Under the pieces are notes generated by a model. The model was not told the origin of the DNA. It did no database searches and saw only the letters and a program-made list of their open reading frames with translations. Source: Candidatus Nomurabacteria bacterium (lineage in GTDB: Bacteria > Patescibacteriota > Minisyncoccia > Phycocordibacterales > UBA9973). Taken from it: a stretch of DNA of 39,544 nt. The stretch is from contig JAQBRM010000030.1 in NCBI GenBank assembly GCA_028286485.1, positions 1 through 39,544 on the forward strand, read 5' to 3'. Shown here one piece after another: positions 8,995-19,059 of this stretch (position 1 is its first letter; every line of letters starts with the position of its first letter). The position numbers and the translations under genes are program-made.

Positions 8995-9963
8995 ATGAAA
9001 AATTCCAAAAAAATTTTTGTGACTGGCGCAACGGGATACGTCGGCCGTCATCTTGTGCAAGATCTTATTAAAAAAGGCTATACATTGTATGTATTGACCC
9101 GTAATGACTCATCGATTTTTTCTGATGATCCCGCTATTACCGTCATCACCGGCGATATTACGGGCACTATTGATCTTCCTTCCGATGTATCCACTATTTA
9201 TCATTGTGCGGGGGTTATTTATGATGAAAAAGAAATGGATCGCGTGAATGTGCGGGGTACCAAAAACATTGCGGCATTGGCCTATAAACATGGCTGCAAT
9301 TTGATTCATCTTTCCAGCGCCGGCGTTATCGGCTCCACCGCGGAAACCGTCATTGATGAGCGCACTGCTTGCCATCCCGGCAATGCATATGAAATATCCA
9401 AGTACAAAGCCGAGCAAGTTATTAGCGATGCGGTCAAGCAAGGCCTGCGGGCGCAGATACTTCGTCCCACCAGTATTTTCGGACCACATATCGGCGTGAA
9501 AAAAGACAGCTTTTTTCAGCTGGTAAAAAGCATGCGCAACGGATTATACAAAGCCGTGGGTCACGGCATGTATAATATCGTCCATATTGATGAAGTAATA
9601 AAAGCATTGGAGCTGCTGGATAATCCTCGCCTTCCCTCCGGCAGCATCTATATCGTAAATAACCCAATATCATATGCGAATATGGATGTGTTGGTAAAAA
9701 ACATTCCTCCGGTCATAACGAGAAAAACCGTATCCGTTAGTTATCCTGTGGCGTGGGTCAGTGCCGCCCTGTTGACCGTAGTGTGCCGCATGGCAAACAA
9801 AAAAAATCCCCTGACTTTTTCACGATTGCGGGCATTAACAAGCAGAAAAACATATTCGCAATCCAAGATCGTGGAAACTCTTTCTTTTAAGAATGCATTT
9901 TCCATTGAAACGCATATCAGTAAAACCTGCGAGCAGTATATCGCCGAAGGCCTGCTGTCGTAG
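8995..9963 (+). CDS. NAD-dependent epimerase/dehydratase (extended SDR)
   Basis: VTGATGYVG Rossmann motif, HLSSAGV, YEISK (YxxxK), LRPTSIFGP. Confidence 0.92.
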   Translation: MKNSKKIFVTGATGYVGRHLVQDLIKKGYTLYVLTRNDSSIFSDDPAITVITGDITGTIDLPSDVSTIYHCAGVIYDEKEMDRVNVRGTKNIAALAYKHGCNLIHLSSAGVIGSTAETVIDERTACHPGNAYEISKYKAEQVISDAVKQGLRAQILRPTSIFGPHIGVKKDSFFQLVKSMRNGLYKAVGHGMYNIVHIDEVIKALELLDNPRLPSGSIYIVNNPISYANMDVLVKNIPPVITRKTVSVSYPVAWVSAALLTVVCRMANKKNPLTFSRLRALTSRKTYSQSKIVETLSFKNAFSIETHISKTCEQYIAEGLLS

Positions 9964-10779
9964 CTATATTTTCTTATGGATCTTTAAGAAAACTCCCTTC
10001 AGTTTTGTCGGCATACGATTGAAAATCGGTGTAAAAAATATTTTTGTCCACCCTATTATTAGGGCGTAGTAATAATGGGGATAAAAATCCTTGTGCTCTT
10101 CTGCGAAGAGCAGGTTCTGCCTGAGACGTAAAATCTTATTCTGCGAATTGTATCCACCGGGACTAAAAAGATATTGGGTGGAATATTCCTGAAGGTTGGT
10201 AAATTTGCCCGTTCTGCCAAGCCGCAGCCATAAGTCGTGGTCTTCCGACATCTTCTCCACGGTATAGCCTCCTATCTTCTTTACGGCCTCTTTCCTATAG
10301 ACCACGCTGGAATGAATGAAGCGGTTTGCCCGCAATATCTTTTTCCTGATTTCCTCATCGGTTTCCGGCATGAGATACCGAGCCAGTTCCCTGCCGGATT
10401 CATCCACCATGATTGCGCCCGTGCCGATCAAGACATAGCCTTTATGATTTTGTAAAAATTCTATCTGCTTTTTCAACTTATCCCTATCAAGCCACTGGTC
10501 ATCCTGGTCGATCTCCGCAATGTATTCGCCGCCGGCCAGCTCCAAGCTGATATTGCGGGTTTTTTGGATTCCCATATTGTGTTCATTTTTGACATAGCGT
10601 ATGCGCGGATCTCGGGCCGCCCATTGCAGGGCGATTTCCTCGCTTGCATCCTTGGACGCATCATTAATGATGATCAATTCAAAATCAGCGAAAGACTGGG
10701 CCAAGGCGCTTTCAATGGCTTTGCTGATCCATTGTGCGCCGTTATATACCGGCAAGACGATGGTTACTAAGGGATCCAT
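9964..10779 (-). CDS. Glycosyltransferase family 2
   Basis: MDPLVTIVLPVYNG, IIINDASKD, IDQDD, EDHDLWLRL; start taken at ATG 10779. Confidence 0.92.
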   Translation of the reverse strand: MDPLVTIVLPVYNGAQWISKAIESALAQSFADFELIIINDASKDASEEIALQWAARDPRIRYVKNEHNMGIQKTRNISLELAGGEYIAEIDQDDQWLDRDKLKKQIEFLQNHKGYVLIGTGAIMVDESGRELARYLMPETDEEIRKKILRANRFIHSSVVYRKEAVKKIGGYTVEKMSEDHDLWLRLGRTGKFTNLQEYSTQYLFSPGGYNSQNKILRLRQNLLFAEEHKDFYPHYYYALIIGWTKIFFTPIFNRMPTKLKGVFLKIHKKI

Positions 10780-12107
10780 TGTTGTAATGATAATGCCAAG
10801 ATTGCCCAAAAACAATAGAGCGACAAGCTGTCATCGAAGGCAATGGCAATGGCTAGCACCAATAATATGCCAAATAGCGCCAGTCCCCTGCGGGTAAATT
10901 GAGATCGTAATTGCCGCACGAGGTTAGTGAACGCGCTTCCCATGATATACAGGAAGCTGAATAATGCTAGCCAACCGCCCCAAAACCATATTTGGATATA
11001 AGTGTTATGCGGGCCGGAACTCAAGGTATCTCCGTTTTTATTGACGAAGTTTGATTGATAATGGGTGTCGGGCCCGATGCCAAAAGGGTGCCGCCATGCC
11101 AACCGTGCATAATATGGCCAGATTTCCAGGCGGGATTCGCCTGCCGACGCAACTGGTACTGAAACAGTGTTCGCGTCATTTACAGAATAACCACCGCTAT
11201 TCCTATTCAAAGAATTTCTCAAGATTGCGCCAAGGGATTCATTTCTAAGCACAGCGGCGGAAGACTGGTTGTTTTCATTGTTCAAAATCCTATCCAACCC
11301 TCTCTGCTTTCTTGAGTAGGGGGTCAAGATGAATCCCAAGGCCAGGATGATGAGGATGATGAGGGCGGTTTGTAAAAGCTTTTTCCATTGAAAATGGTGG
11401 AGTGAATACATCAATCCGATCACCAGCGCCCCGAGCCCCAGACTGAGCAATGCACCGCGGGAAGATATCCAGAACAGAAGGGCTACCAAGCAAACAGCAG
11501 CGAGCATGTAAAGGATTTTATGCCATGCCTTTTGTGAAGGGAATAGTGAGTAAGTTATAAAGAACAGCGCCGGAAGGAGAAGGACTTTCGAAATGATATT
11601 CACGTTATCGGTAAGACCTGTAAAATTCCCGTCCGGCGCCAGCAGGCCGGGAATATGAACAGCAAGTGCAGGCAGCAGGGCAAAGATTCCAAACAGGGCC
11701 GGTACCACCAAGGCGTAGAGATACCTGTCCGCCCAGTACTGATCGTTCTTGGTATAAAACAATATCAATAGAGACGTTACCAATCCGATGCTAAAAGTCC
11801 CGAATTCCAACACCATGTTGAACGTTGATGGAATACCGTATGCGTATACGGCCAAGAGCCAGCCGAACAAAATCGCGATAACCAATATAAAGACTGCTAT
11901 TAAAATTCTTTTCGGTATTGATCTGAAAAAATCAGTGATTTTGCGGAATCGTAGCATGTACACCAACGTTAAGCAGCATAGGATGACAAATGCCATTTCA
12001 TACGGCTTCGGCACGAAAGAATTGTAAAAATGCCCCACTCTGAAAATGAGCAATACCAATGCGACAAAGAAGAGGTTTTTATTAAATTTTTCCAGTGAAA
12101 AATTCAT
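10767..12107 (-). CDS. O-antigen ligase/polymerase family (Wzy_C) membrane protein
   Basis: Multiple TMs, SSRGALL, RLEIW...HPFGIG...GPHNTYIQI. Confidence 0.85.
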   Translation of the reverse strand: MNFSLEKFNKNLFFVALVLLIFRVGHFYNSFVPKPYEMAFVILCCLTLVYMLRFRKITDFFRSIPKRILIAVFILVIAILFGWLLAVYAYGIPSTFNMVLEFGTFSIGLVTSLLILFYTKNDQYWADRYLYALVVPALFGIFALLPALAVHIPGLLAPDGNFTGLTDNVNIISKVLLLPALFFITYSLFPSQKAWHKILYMLAAVCLVALLFWISSRGALLSLGLGALVIGLMYSLHHFQWKKLLQTALIILIILALGFILTPYSRKQRGLDRILNNENNQSSAAVLRNESLGAILRNSLNRNSGGYSVNDANTVSVPVASAGESRLEIWPYYARLAWRHPFGIGPDTHYQSNFVNKNGDTLSSGPHNTYIQIWFWGGWLALFSFLYIMGSAFTNLVRQLRSQFTRRGLALFGILLVLAIAIAFDDSLSLYCFWAILALSLQQWIP

Positions 12108-13000
12108 TATAGCTTATAGAATTTTTTTCGATTGCCGTCGATAATGGCTTTTACTACATAGAGCGGTATGCGCAATGAGCGGTTTCGGTAGGTATGCTTG
12201 GTGCATACATACAAGACATATAGGGTGAAGTACCAGTAGAACAGGTTCGGCTTGAAAAGCTCGTATTTTTTCAAATAATCCTTGACCAGGAACTGGTTCC
12301 TCAATGAGTAATAAAATGCCGTTGGTTTCATTACGGTGCCAAAAGGAATGAGCTTGTTGATAATGGCATCCTTTATGAAAATAACATTGGTATACAACGA
12401 GGCGGAAAAGCCATACATCGTATCATCTCCCCCGATAAAGAACCGCTTATCCGGAAATCCTATTTTTTCAACGATATCCCTGTGGATGAACATCCCCTCA
12501 AAGCAGCCGACGTTTACAAAAGTAAAGTCCTTGCCGTTCTTGAAAGACAGGTTCGGTATGAATGTCACCCGGCCCAAGGCTGTATCGAAAAGCGATTCCC
12601 AGAGGAACTCTTCTCCATTTACATCAAGCTTGCTCGGATGCATGCATTTTGAAATGTGCGAATATTCCAGCATCTTTTCCAAACAATTTGACCGCGGGGA
12701 AACATCATCATCCAAGAACCATATCCAATCCATCCCCTCTTCATAAGCTGCTTTGACGCCCTCATGAAAACCTCCGGCACTGCCGCTATTTTCCGGCAAT
12801 ATCGTATAACTTATTAATGGGTTGTTTTTATACAATTCTTCTACAATTTCTTTGGTGCCGTCAGTGGAAGCATTGTCGATTAAAAAAATGTGGTCTACGG
12901 GACGAGTCTGTTTAAGGATGCCATCCAGACATTTGGGCAACAAATCCTTTCTATTAAACGTGACAACTATTGCCGCAATTTTTTCCGCCTTATTATCCAT
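12107..13000 (-). CDS. Glycosyltransferase family 2 (GlfT1-like, possible galactofuranosyltransferase)
   Basis: AIVVTFNRKDLL, IDNASTDGT, NSGSAGGF, WFLDDD, FFIGGDD; directly downstream of glf. Confidence 0.85.
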   Translation of the reverse strand: MDNKAEKIAAIVVTFNRKDLLPKCLDGILKQTRPVDHIFLIDNASTDGTKEIVEELYKNNPLISYTILPENSGSAGGFHEGVKAAYEEGMDWIWFLDDDVSPRSNCLEKMLEYSHISKCMHPSKLDVNGEEFLWESLFDTALGRVTFIPNLSFKNGKDFTFVNVGCFEGMFIHRDIVEKIGFPDKRFFIGGDDTMYGFSASLYTNVIFIKDAIINKLIPFGTVMKPTAFYYSLRNQFLVKDYLKKYELFKPNLFYWYFTLYVLYVCTKHTYRNRSLRIPLYVVKAIIDGNRKKFYKL

Positions 13001-13031
13001 GATGAAATATACTGTATGCTATCATAAAACC

Positions 13032-14177
13032 TTATTTGACACCATTTTCAATGCGATCAAACAAGTCGAGAGCATTTTTGAAGGCCTGATCCATGTTGAA
13101 GTACTTATAGTTTGCTAATCGCCCCACGAAGAAGATATTTTGTTTTTCCAACTCTGTCGCGGCTTGCTGATATTTCTCATATATTATCCTATTACGTTCC
13201 GAAGGAATGGGATAGTACGGCTCCCCTTCAGAAGTTGAGTATTCCCGAGAAATAGTGGTTTTAGGATGAGTCTGTCCGGTCGATCGTTTGTACTCCACGA
13301 TACGCGTATAAGGAACTTCCAAGGAAGGGTAATTTTCTTGCGCATACTGTTGGTACCATTCTTGATCAAGCGTTTCAAATTCAAACCGCAAGGAACGGTA
13401 TTCCAAGCTCCCGTATTTCTCACTGAAATACTGATCGATTTTTCCGGTGAAAAAAAGTTTTTTGATGGAAGATAATTGATTCTTGCACTGATCCCAATCG
13501 GCAGAAAGCATGATGGTAATCAATGGGTTGTCTACCAGCGCCTCACAGAGTTTGGTATACCCATGGAGCGGCACTCCCTGATATGTATCGGTAAAATATC
13601 GATCGTCATCATTAGTGCGGAAAGGAATCCGGTTCGTTACTTCTGCGCCCAAGTCCCGTGGGTCCATACCCCACTGTTTCGTGGTATAGCCCTTAAAAAT
13701 CAATTCATACAATTCTTTCCCCATGCGAGCTAAAACCGCCTCTTCGGCATTTTGAGGTTCTGCAATTGGTATTTTGTGGGTATTAATCCACTCTTCCACC
13801 TCTTTTTCATTTTTTAAGTTCAGATCGAAAGCAGTATTAATAGTAATTCTATTTACCGGTATGGGAAAAGTCTTTCCTATATTGTGACCGACCACCCGGT
13901 GTTCATAGGGATGCCATTGTGAAAAACGGTTGACATATTGCCAGACTTTTTCGTCATTGGTATGAAAATAGTGCGGACCGTATTTTGATACCAGGATTCC
14001 CGCTTCATTGATGAAGTCATGGCAGTTCCCGCCGATATGGTGGCGTTTTTCTATTATCAGTAGCCTTTTACCGATGGATGCATAGCGTTCGGCCAACGTT
14101 AAGCCTGATATTCCCGCCCCTACAATCACAACATCATATTGGTCTTCAAGGGCAATTGTTTGTATATAATTCGCCAT
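13032..14177 (-). CDS. glf: UDP-galactopyranose mutase
   Basis: VGAGISG, HIGGNCHD, YGPHYFHT, GYTTKQWG, YRSLRFE, GRLANYKYFNMDQA. Confidence 0.96.
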   Translation of the reverse strand: MANYIQTIALEDQYDVVIVGAGISGLTLAERYASIGKRLLIIEKRHHIGGNCHDFINEAGILVSKYGPHYFHTNDEKVWQYVNRFSQWHPYEHRVVGHNIGKTFPIPVNRITINTAFDLNLKNEKEVEEWINTHKIPIAEPQNAEEAVLARMGKELYELIFKGYTTKQWGMDPRDLGAEVTNRIPFRTNDDDRYFTDTYQGVPLHGYTKLCEALVDNPLITIMLSADWDQCKNQLSSIKKLFFTGKIDQYFSEKYGSLEYRSLRFEFETLDQEWYQQYAQENYPSLEVPYTRIVEYKRSTGQTHPKTTISREYSTSEGEPYYPIPSERNRIIYEKYQQAATELEKQNIFFVGRLANYKYFNMDQAFKNALDLFDRIENGVK

Positions 14178-14180
14178 ATT

Positions 14181-15071
14181 TTATAGTCTCATCCAAGTTT
14201 CGGGAATAAGATCGGTGGTATCAATCCTACCACTAAACCACTGTTTCGGAGCAATGACAATTTTATTTGAGGTAGTGGAAAGCCAGGCCGCCCACCATGA
14301 AAAAGTGCTATTGGGAATAATGAAGTGCTTGCAGACAGTCATCAACATGAGATTTTCCTCACCTTTCTGACCGGCATATTCGGGACCGACATAGGTGGTG
14401 GGGAAAGAAAACTGCATATTGTCTTTACACCATGCGATATCATCCGAGAATACATACACCTTTTCTATAGTTTCGTGCAGGGCAATGTATTGCAGCGCCA
14501 CGTCATAGTAGCCCTTCCCTATTGTCCCATGAAAGGACTTGTGGGCAATATCGGAGCGACGGACATGTACACAGACAGAATTGCAGTTTTTTATCTCTAT
14601 CCGAAGTTTTTCGGAAGCTTCCGACAATGGTTTTATCAAAGTGAAATCTTCCAGAAGTGTTGATCGGATAGAATCAAAATATTTATAACTTTGCCAAAAT
14701 CCCGCCAAATAAACATCCGGCCCAAGTGATAGTATACGAGAATCAAACGTAAAGGACTTCTCCCAGCCGCGCAATATTCGCACTTTGCGAAGTAGTGCAT
14801 CGATGACCAGCATTATTTTGCCGGAGAGAATCGGTCGCTGCCACCATTTCATATCATCGGCTGTCGCAATGGTGGCAGCGACCTTGAACACATCCAGATC
14901 ATAATTTCTAAAAACAAAATGCGGGCGTAGCAGTGAAGGAAACGACTCTCGGTGCAATAAAAAGGTCGTATCCAGCTTCAGCGGCACGTTGTATTGCAAT
15001 GACAGCTTCCGCCCCAACGCATATTGAAACATTTGATTGCCCATGCCGCCCGATAGTCGTGAAATAATCAT
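14181..15071 (-). CDS. Alpha-1,2-fucosyltransferase family (GT11)
   Basis: LSGGMGNQMFQYA, GFWQSYKYF, HVRRSD, FSDDIAWC, NSTFSWWAAWL. Confidence 0.92.
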   Translation of the reverse strand: MIISRLSGGMGNQMFQYALGRKLSLQYNVPLKLDTTFLLHRESFPSLLRPHFVFRNYDLDVFKVAATIATADDMKWWQRPILSGKIMLVIDALLRKVRILRGWEKSFTFDSRILSLGPDVYLAGFWQSYKYFDSIRSTLLEDFTLIKPLSEASEKLRIEIKNCNSVCVHVRRSDIAHKSFHGTIGKGYYDVALQYIALHETIEKVYVFSDDIAWCKDNMQFSFPTTYVGPEYAGQKGEENLMLMTVCKHFIIPNSTFSWWAAWLSTTSNKIVIAPKQWFSGRIDTTDLIPETWMRL

Positions 15072-15072
15072 A

Positions 15073-17070
15073 TTACTTCAGTACACTTTTAAATTCCGCC
15101 GCCGCATGATAATCCGGATTTAAGGCCGTGGCTTTATCCAGCAATGCTTTCGCACCAGCCACATTCTTTTCATAGACCAATGTTTGCGCGTAGGTGAAGT
15201 ACAATTCCGGATCAGTAGCAGAAAGCACTACTGCTTGTTTGTAGTATGCATCGGCTTGAGCAAGATATTGAGCATCATTCGTCAGATAGAATTGCAGGTT
15301 ATCCAGCTGCATCAATGAGAGGATCAAGTGGTAGTCGTATCGATTGGTCTGCGCCAATGGGCTGACGGCGGTAAGCAATGATTGGATTTCCGTTGATGCC
15401 ACCTTTTGATAGAGCGGATTGCTTTTCAATATGGTTTTCTGGGCATCGTATGAATAAAACAACGGGGCGGTGAAGAATTCCGGATCGGTATCAATGGCGT
15501 ATGAGCCGGTCGAATGAAAGAGATGTTGGTATTGCTCCGCCCGTTTATCACTGGTCATGTTGGCCACTTGTTGAAATTCCGCCATCTTCTGAGCCGGCCA
15601 ATACACGGCGTAGAGTAATGCCGGAATTGCCAGCACGGTCACTGCTACCGCCCCCACATATCCTATCGGTGCAATAGGAGCAGCCAGCTGGCGACGCTCG
15701 TCGGTGGTATCGAGCAGGCCGGCCACTATCGCGATGACAGAGAAGAACAGGGCATAGCTGACAATGGAGTCATAGATCATTTGCTGCTGCAATATGAATG
15801 CCACGAGCATGCCGATGAATAATACATATGTCTTGCCATCAATCTTATTTCTGCGATAGAGCAGCCAGATGCCGCGGAACAGGCTTAGGAGTACCGCGAG
15901 GTACAGCACAAAGCCGATCACTCCCCCATCTACCAGCACTTCGAGCGTGTTGTTGTGCGGATGCAGTGCATATACTTCATTGCCCCGTCCCGCGCTATAC
16001 ACGATAGGATTGAAATAGCGCTGATACACGGCATGGGAATTTTCAGGGCCCCAGCCCAAAAGAGGTTTCTCTTTAATCCCTTGCAGGGAGGTCTGCCAGT
16101 CTACAATACGATTGCCCGACTCTTTCACAAAGAACGTGTGGGCGGCCGAGATAGGAATAATGATCTGCTGTATACCAATGACTGCTACGATGACCATGGC
16201 AATAATCCCCCCCATCCCTATCAATCGTGCCATCTTCTGATTCGTGCCGATCCACAACCATGTAAAAAGAGTGACAAATAATCCCACGATCAGTGCTCCT
16301 GTTGCCACCCGCGCTTGGCCGATCAAGAAAAATGATGAAGCCTTCAATTGGGCAAACGGCATGCCGGTCCACAAATGCGGATTGAAATAAATCGGTGAAA
16401 AGACGATGACCGCAATACTTACGGCATAGAATACTTTTTTCCATATACGTGATTCATGGCTTGCTAAATAAAGCGCCAAGAAAATACTGAAGATAAAGTA
16501 TGCCCCTGCCAGGAGCAGGTTGCCCATCATGGCTCCGCCGGATGATCCCACCAACATGGGAGACTGGGTAGTGAATACGCCATTCGGACCGGTGAAGAAT
16601 GTTGCTGCTGCCAGGATAACGGATGCAAAAAGCGTGGCCTGCGCAATACGCTTGAAGAAAACCTGCTGCTGCACGCGAATGAATGAGGTAAGAATGCAGG
16701 CCAACAAGAAAACGTGGTACAGCAGCAGCAACCCAGTCCCTGACTCTACCGTAGAGAAAAACGAGGTGGCAGGATCAACCCCCACGATAGCACTTACCGT
16801 TAGCGATACGAGGAATAATTTCAATGGCAGCAGCCACAGTATATTCTGCCGAGTGAGGCGATATCGCCTATCCTTCACCAAAAGCCACACCCACAGCACG
16901 GCCAGTACTTCTACCGCTCCCATCAGGAAGTATTGCTTGGAGGTGACGTAGGCGGCCGGCCAGCTGGAGAAGTACAGCAGCGGCAAGACCACAAATACCA
17001 GCACGATGCCCGCTCCCAGCCATTTCTCCAATGCCGACCTCTTGGTGGTCAATTTTCCTTTCTGGGCCAT
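15073..17070 (-). CDS. O-antigen ligase-family protein with C-terminal TPR-like helices (candidate O-oligosaccharyltransferase)
   Basis: Many TMs; RIVDW...KPLLGWGPEN...HPHNNTLEVLVDGGVIG; helical C-terminus (AQTLVYEKNVAGAKALLDKATALNP). Confidence 0.8.
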   Translation of the reverse strand: MAQKGKLTTKRSALEKWLGAGIVLVFVVLPLLYFSSWPAAYVTSKQYFLMGAVEVLAVLWVWLLVKDRRYRLTRQNILWLLPLKLFLVSLTVSAIVGVDPATSFFSTVESGTGLLLLYHVFLLACILTSFIRVQQQVFFKRIAQATLFASVILAAATFFTGPNGVFTTQSPMLVGSSGGAMMGNLLLAGAYFIFSIFLALYLASHESRIWKKVFYAVSIAVIVFSPIYFNPHLWTGMPFAQLKASSFFLIGQARVATGALIVGLFVTLFTWLWIGTNQKMARLIGMGGIIAMVIVAVIGIQQIIIPISAAHTFFVKESGNRIVDWQTSLQGIKEKPLLGWGPENSHAVYQRYFNPIVYSAGRGNEVYALHPHNNTLEVLVDGGVIGFVLYLAVLLSLFRGIWLLYRRNKIDGKTYVLFIGMLVAFILQQQMIYDSIVSYALFFSVIAIVAGLLDTTDERRQLAAPIAPIGYVGAVAVTVLAIPALLYAVYWPAQKMAEFQQVANMTSDKRAEQYQHLFHSTGSYAIDTDPEFFTAPLFYSYDAQKTILKSNPLYQKVASTEIQSLLTAVSPLAQTNRYDYHLILSLMQLDNLQFYLTNDAQYLAQADAYYKQAVVLSATDPELYFTYAQTLVYEKNVAGAKALLDKATALNPDYHAAAEFKSVLK

Positions 17071-17204
17071 GATAGGAGCATTATACCTATAATTAGAGGA
17101 ACAAAAAACTGATTACGATAGATGAGTGGAGTGAAGAAAATAAGAAAGCTTGATTCACCTTATTTTATAATGGTTTTACAGATTAATTATCTTATTTTCA
17201 ATAC

Positions 17205-18647
17205 CTATGAAAATAGACTGGCGGGTAGACCTTGTCCAGGTTTGTAATAATACATATCTTTTTTAGATCTTCCGTCAGCTTTTTTAAGCAAACCACTCTC
17301 AACCCATTGCTTTAATAAACGTGACATTCGGACTGAGTCTGGTACCCCGGTAATTTTTCTAGCTTGTTCATTTGTAATTCTATAATTTTCTTCTAAAAAA
17401 TTACTTACCGTATCCCAATACTCAATTTTCTGTAAATTATACAAAATCACCATTACCGAATTAGGTAAATAGGTTGGGGGTAAATATATAGGATCATAAA
17501 GATTTTTCTGTCGCATTGCTTTAAACATACGATCCACTCCTTCTCCTATATCAAGATTTGGTGCCGCATCAAACCTATTTAAAGTTCTTTGAATTATAGG
17601 ATTACGCGCAAATCTTTCAGATCGAATATTACTTGGAGTAACATGTCCTGGATAAGTACCGGGACTCTCAATTTCTATATGATCATCAAAAAATCTTACT
17701 TGTATATCATTTTGTATAGAATAATTTCTATGAACAACAGCATTTGTCACGGCTTCTTGAAAAGCTGATTCTGGAATCAATAGAGAAGGTTTGAATGTTG
17801 ATCCGCTTAATTTTGGAGGAGAATTTTTAACAACATCTTTAAAGTAATCTATTGCTTCATTAATTTGATATAGAAGTGGCCCTTCAATTGTAAAAGGTTT
17901 ATGGACCAAATTTGGAGTGCCTGTATAAGTTGCCCTACTTCCAAAAAATCTTGATATTTTTATACCAAATTTTCCGCTCAACAAAACAGAAGGATTTTTG
18001 CCAAAAAGCAACCCCCCTCCTTTGGTCAATAAAAACTTATTTCCTTTCTTTGAAGCTAATCCATTATCTTTCAAAAACTGCCAATCGCTAGTTGGCTTAC
18101 CGCCTGTATCTTTTTTAAATTGTCTTAAAAGATCCTTATCTATATCATTAAAAGTATCTATATTGATGATTTCTGCCTCGAGTTGAATTGATCCTTTTTC
18201 ATATTTAATTCTAGTAATTTCTTTTGCTCCAATTTTTTGATTCTGATTGCCTTTTCTGACAAATGTGTCTCCATTTTTCAGTGAATGGACATCGTCACTT
18301 TTTTCTATTTTCAATAAGATTAATTTATCTTCTTTACCTTCTGAATTTATTATGACTATTTCTTTTTGTGAATAAACAATCAAAGGAGGGTCGATTTCTT
18401 TTGCTAAAAGGGCTAAGAAGCTGGAAACATTATCAAGATTTTCACTTATACCGATTAAACGTTTTTCATCTTTAGCTTTCTTAGGATCTTCTAAACCCAG
18501 TACAATGGTTCCCCCATTAGTATTTGCAAAAGCAACTACTGTTTCTAGTAATTTCGCCGGTTTAATATTCGCCCTTTTACATTCAAAGATTTGCCACTCT
18601 TCAGTGCTAAGTATTATAGAAACTAATTCATCATTATCCTTGCTCAT
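17205..18647 (-). CDS. AlbA_2/Schlafen-domain protein with HATPase-like (RecG C-terminal-like) domain and C-terminal wHTH
   Basis: EEWQIFECKRA, VAFANTNGGTIVLG; EAVTNAVVHRNY, IEIESPG, RNPII, GEGVDRM; ITNEQARKITG; visibly AT-rich. Confidence 0.85.
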   Translation of the reverse strand: MSKDNDELVSIILSTEEWQIFECKRANIKPAKLLETVVAFANTNGGTIVLGLEDPKKAKDEKRLIGISENLDNVSSFLALLAKEIDPPLIVYSQKEIVIINSEGKEDKLILLKIEKSDDVHSLKNGDTFVRKGNQNQKIGAKEITRIKYEKGSIQLEAEIINIDTFNDIDKDLLRQFKKDTGGKPTSDWQFLKDNGLASKKGNKFLLTKGGGLLFGKNPSVLLSGKFGIKISRFFGSRATYTGTPNLVHKPFTIEGPLLYQINEAIDYFKDVVKNSPPKLSGSTFKPSLLIPESAFQEAVTNAVVHRNYSIQNDIQVRFFDDHIEIESPGTYPGHVTPSNIRSERFARNPIIQRTLNRFDAAPNLDIGEGVDRMFKAMRQKNLYDPIYLPPTYLPNSVMVILYNLQKIEYWDTVSNFLEENYRITNEQARKITGVPDSVRMSRLLKQWVESGLLKKADGRSKKDMYYYKPGQGLPASLFS

Positions 18648-18688
18648 ATTCTTATATTAACACTTAAAAATCGATACTATGCATGCGA

Positions 18689-18988
18689 TTAAAATGATGT
18701 TACCCGAGAGTGGAACGTCTGAGTGTAACCTTCAGTGCCTGATACGCACTGTTGGATTAAAAAACTGCCTAATTGAAAAGATTTTTGAGCCTCCGTGTAT
18801 GCTTCCATTTCAGAATCATACACGCCCTTTACGGCTTCATCTTTAATAACAAGAAATTTACCTTGATATTGTTGTACCAATTCAGCTTGATGCGCCTTAA
18901 AAAAGGCCAGTTCTTTTTCGAGCATAGGGTCAAACATACGTGAAGGCATTGTAGCAGGATGTGTATTAATTTGAAAGATGGTATTCAT
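18689..18988 (-). CDS. Small DUF5678-like protein
   Basis: ELAFFKAHQAELVQQYQGKFLVIKDEAVKGVYDSEMEAY pattern; TATAAT-N7-ATG supports start 18988 (alternative start 18925). Confidence 0.6.
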   Translation of the reverse strand: MNTIFQINTHPATMPSRMFDPMLEKELAFFKAHQAELVQQYQGKFLVIKDEAVKGVYDSEMEAYTEAQKSFQLGSFLIQQCVSGTEGYTQTFHSRVTSF

Positions 18989-19059
18989 AGAACCCATTAT
19001 ACACAACTACCTTCAATTTAATCCCAACTTTTTCTAAAGAAAATCTAAAGATTTCGTTA

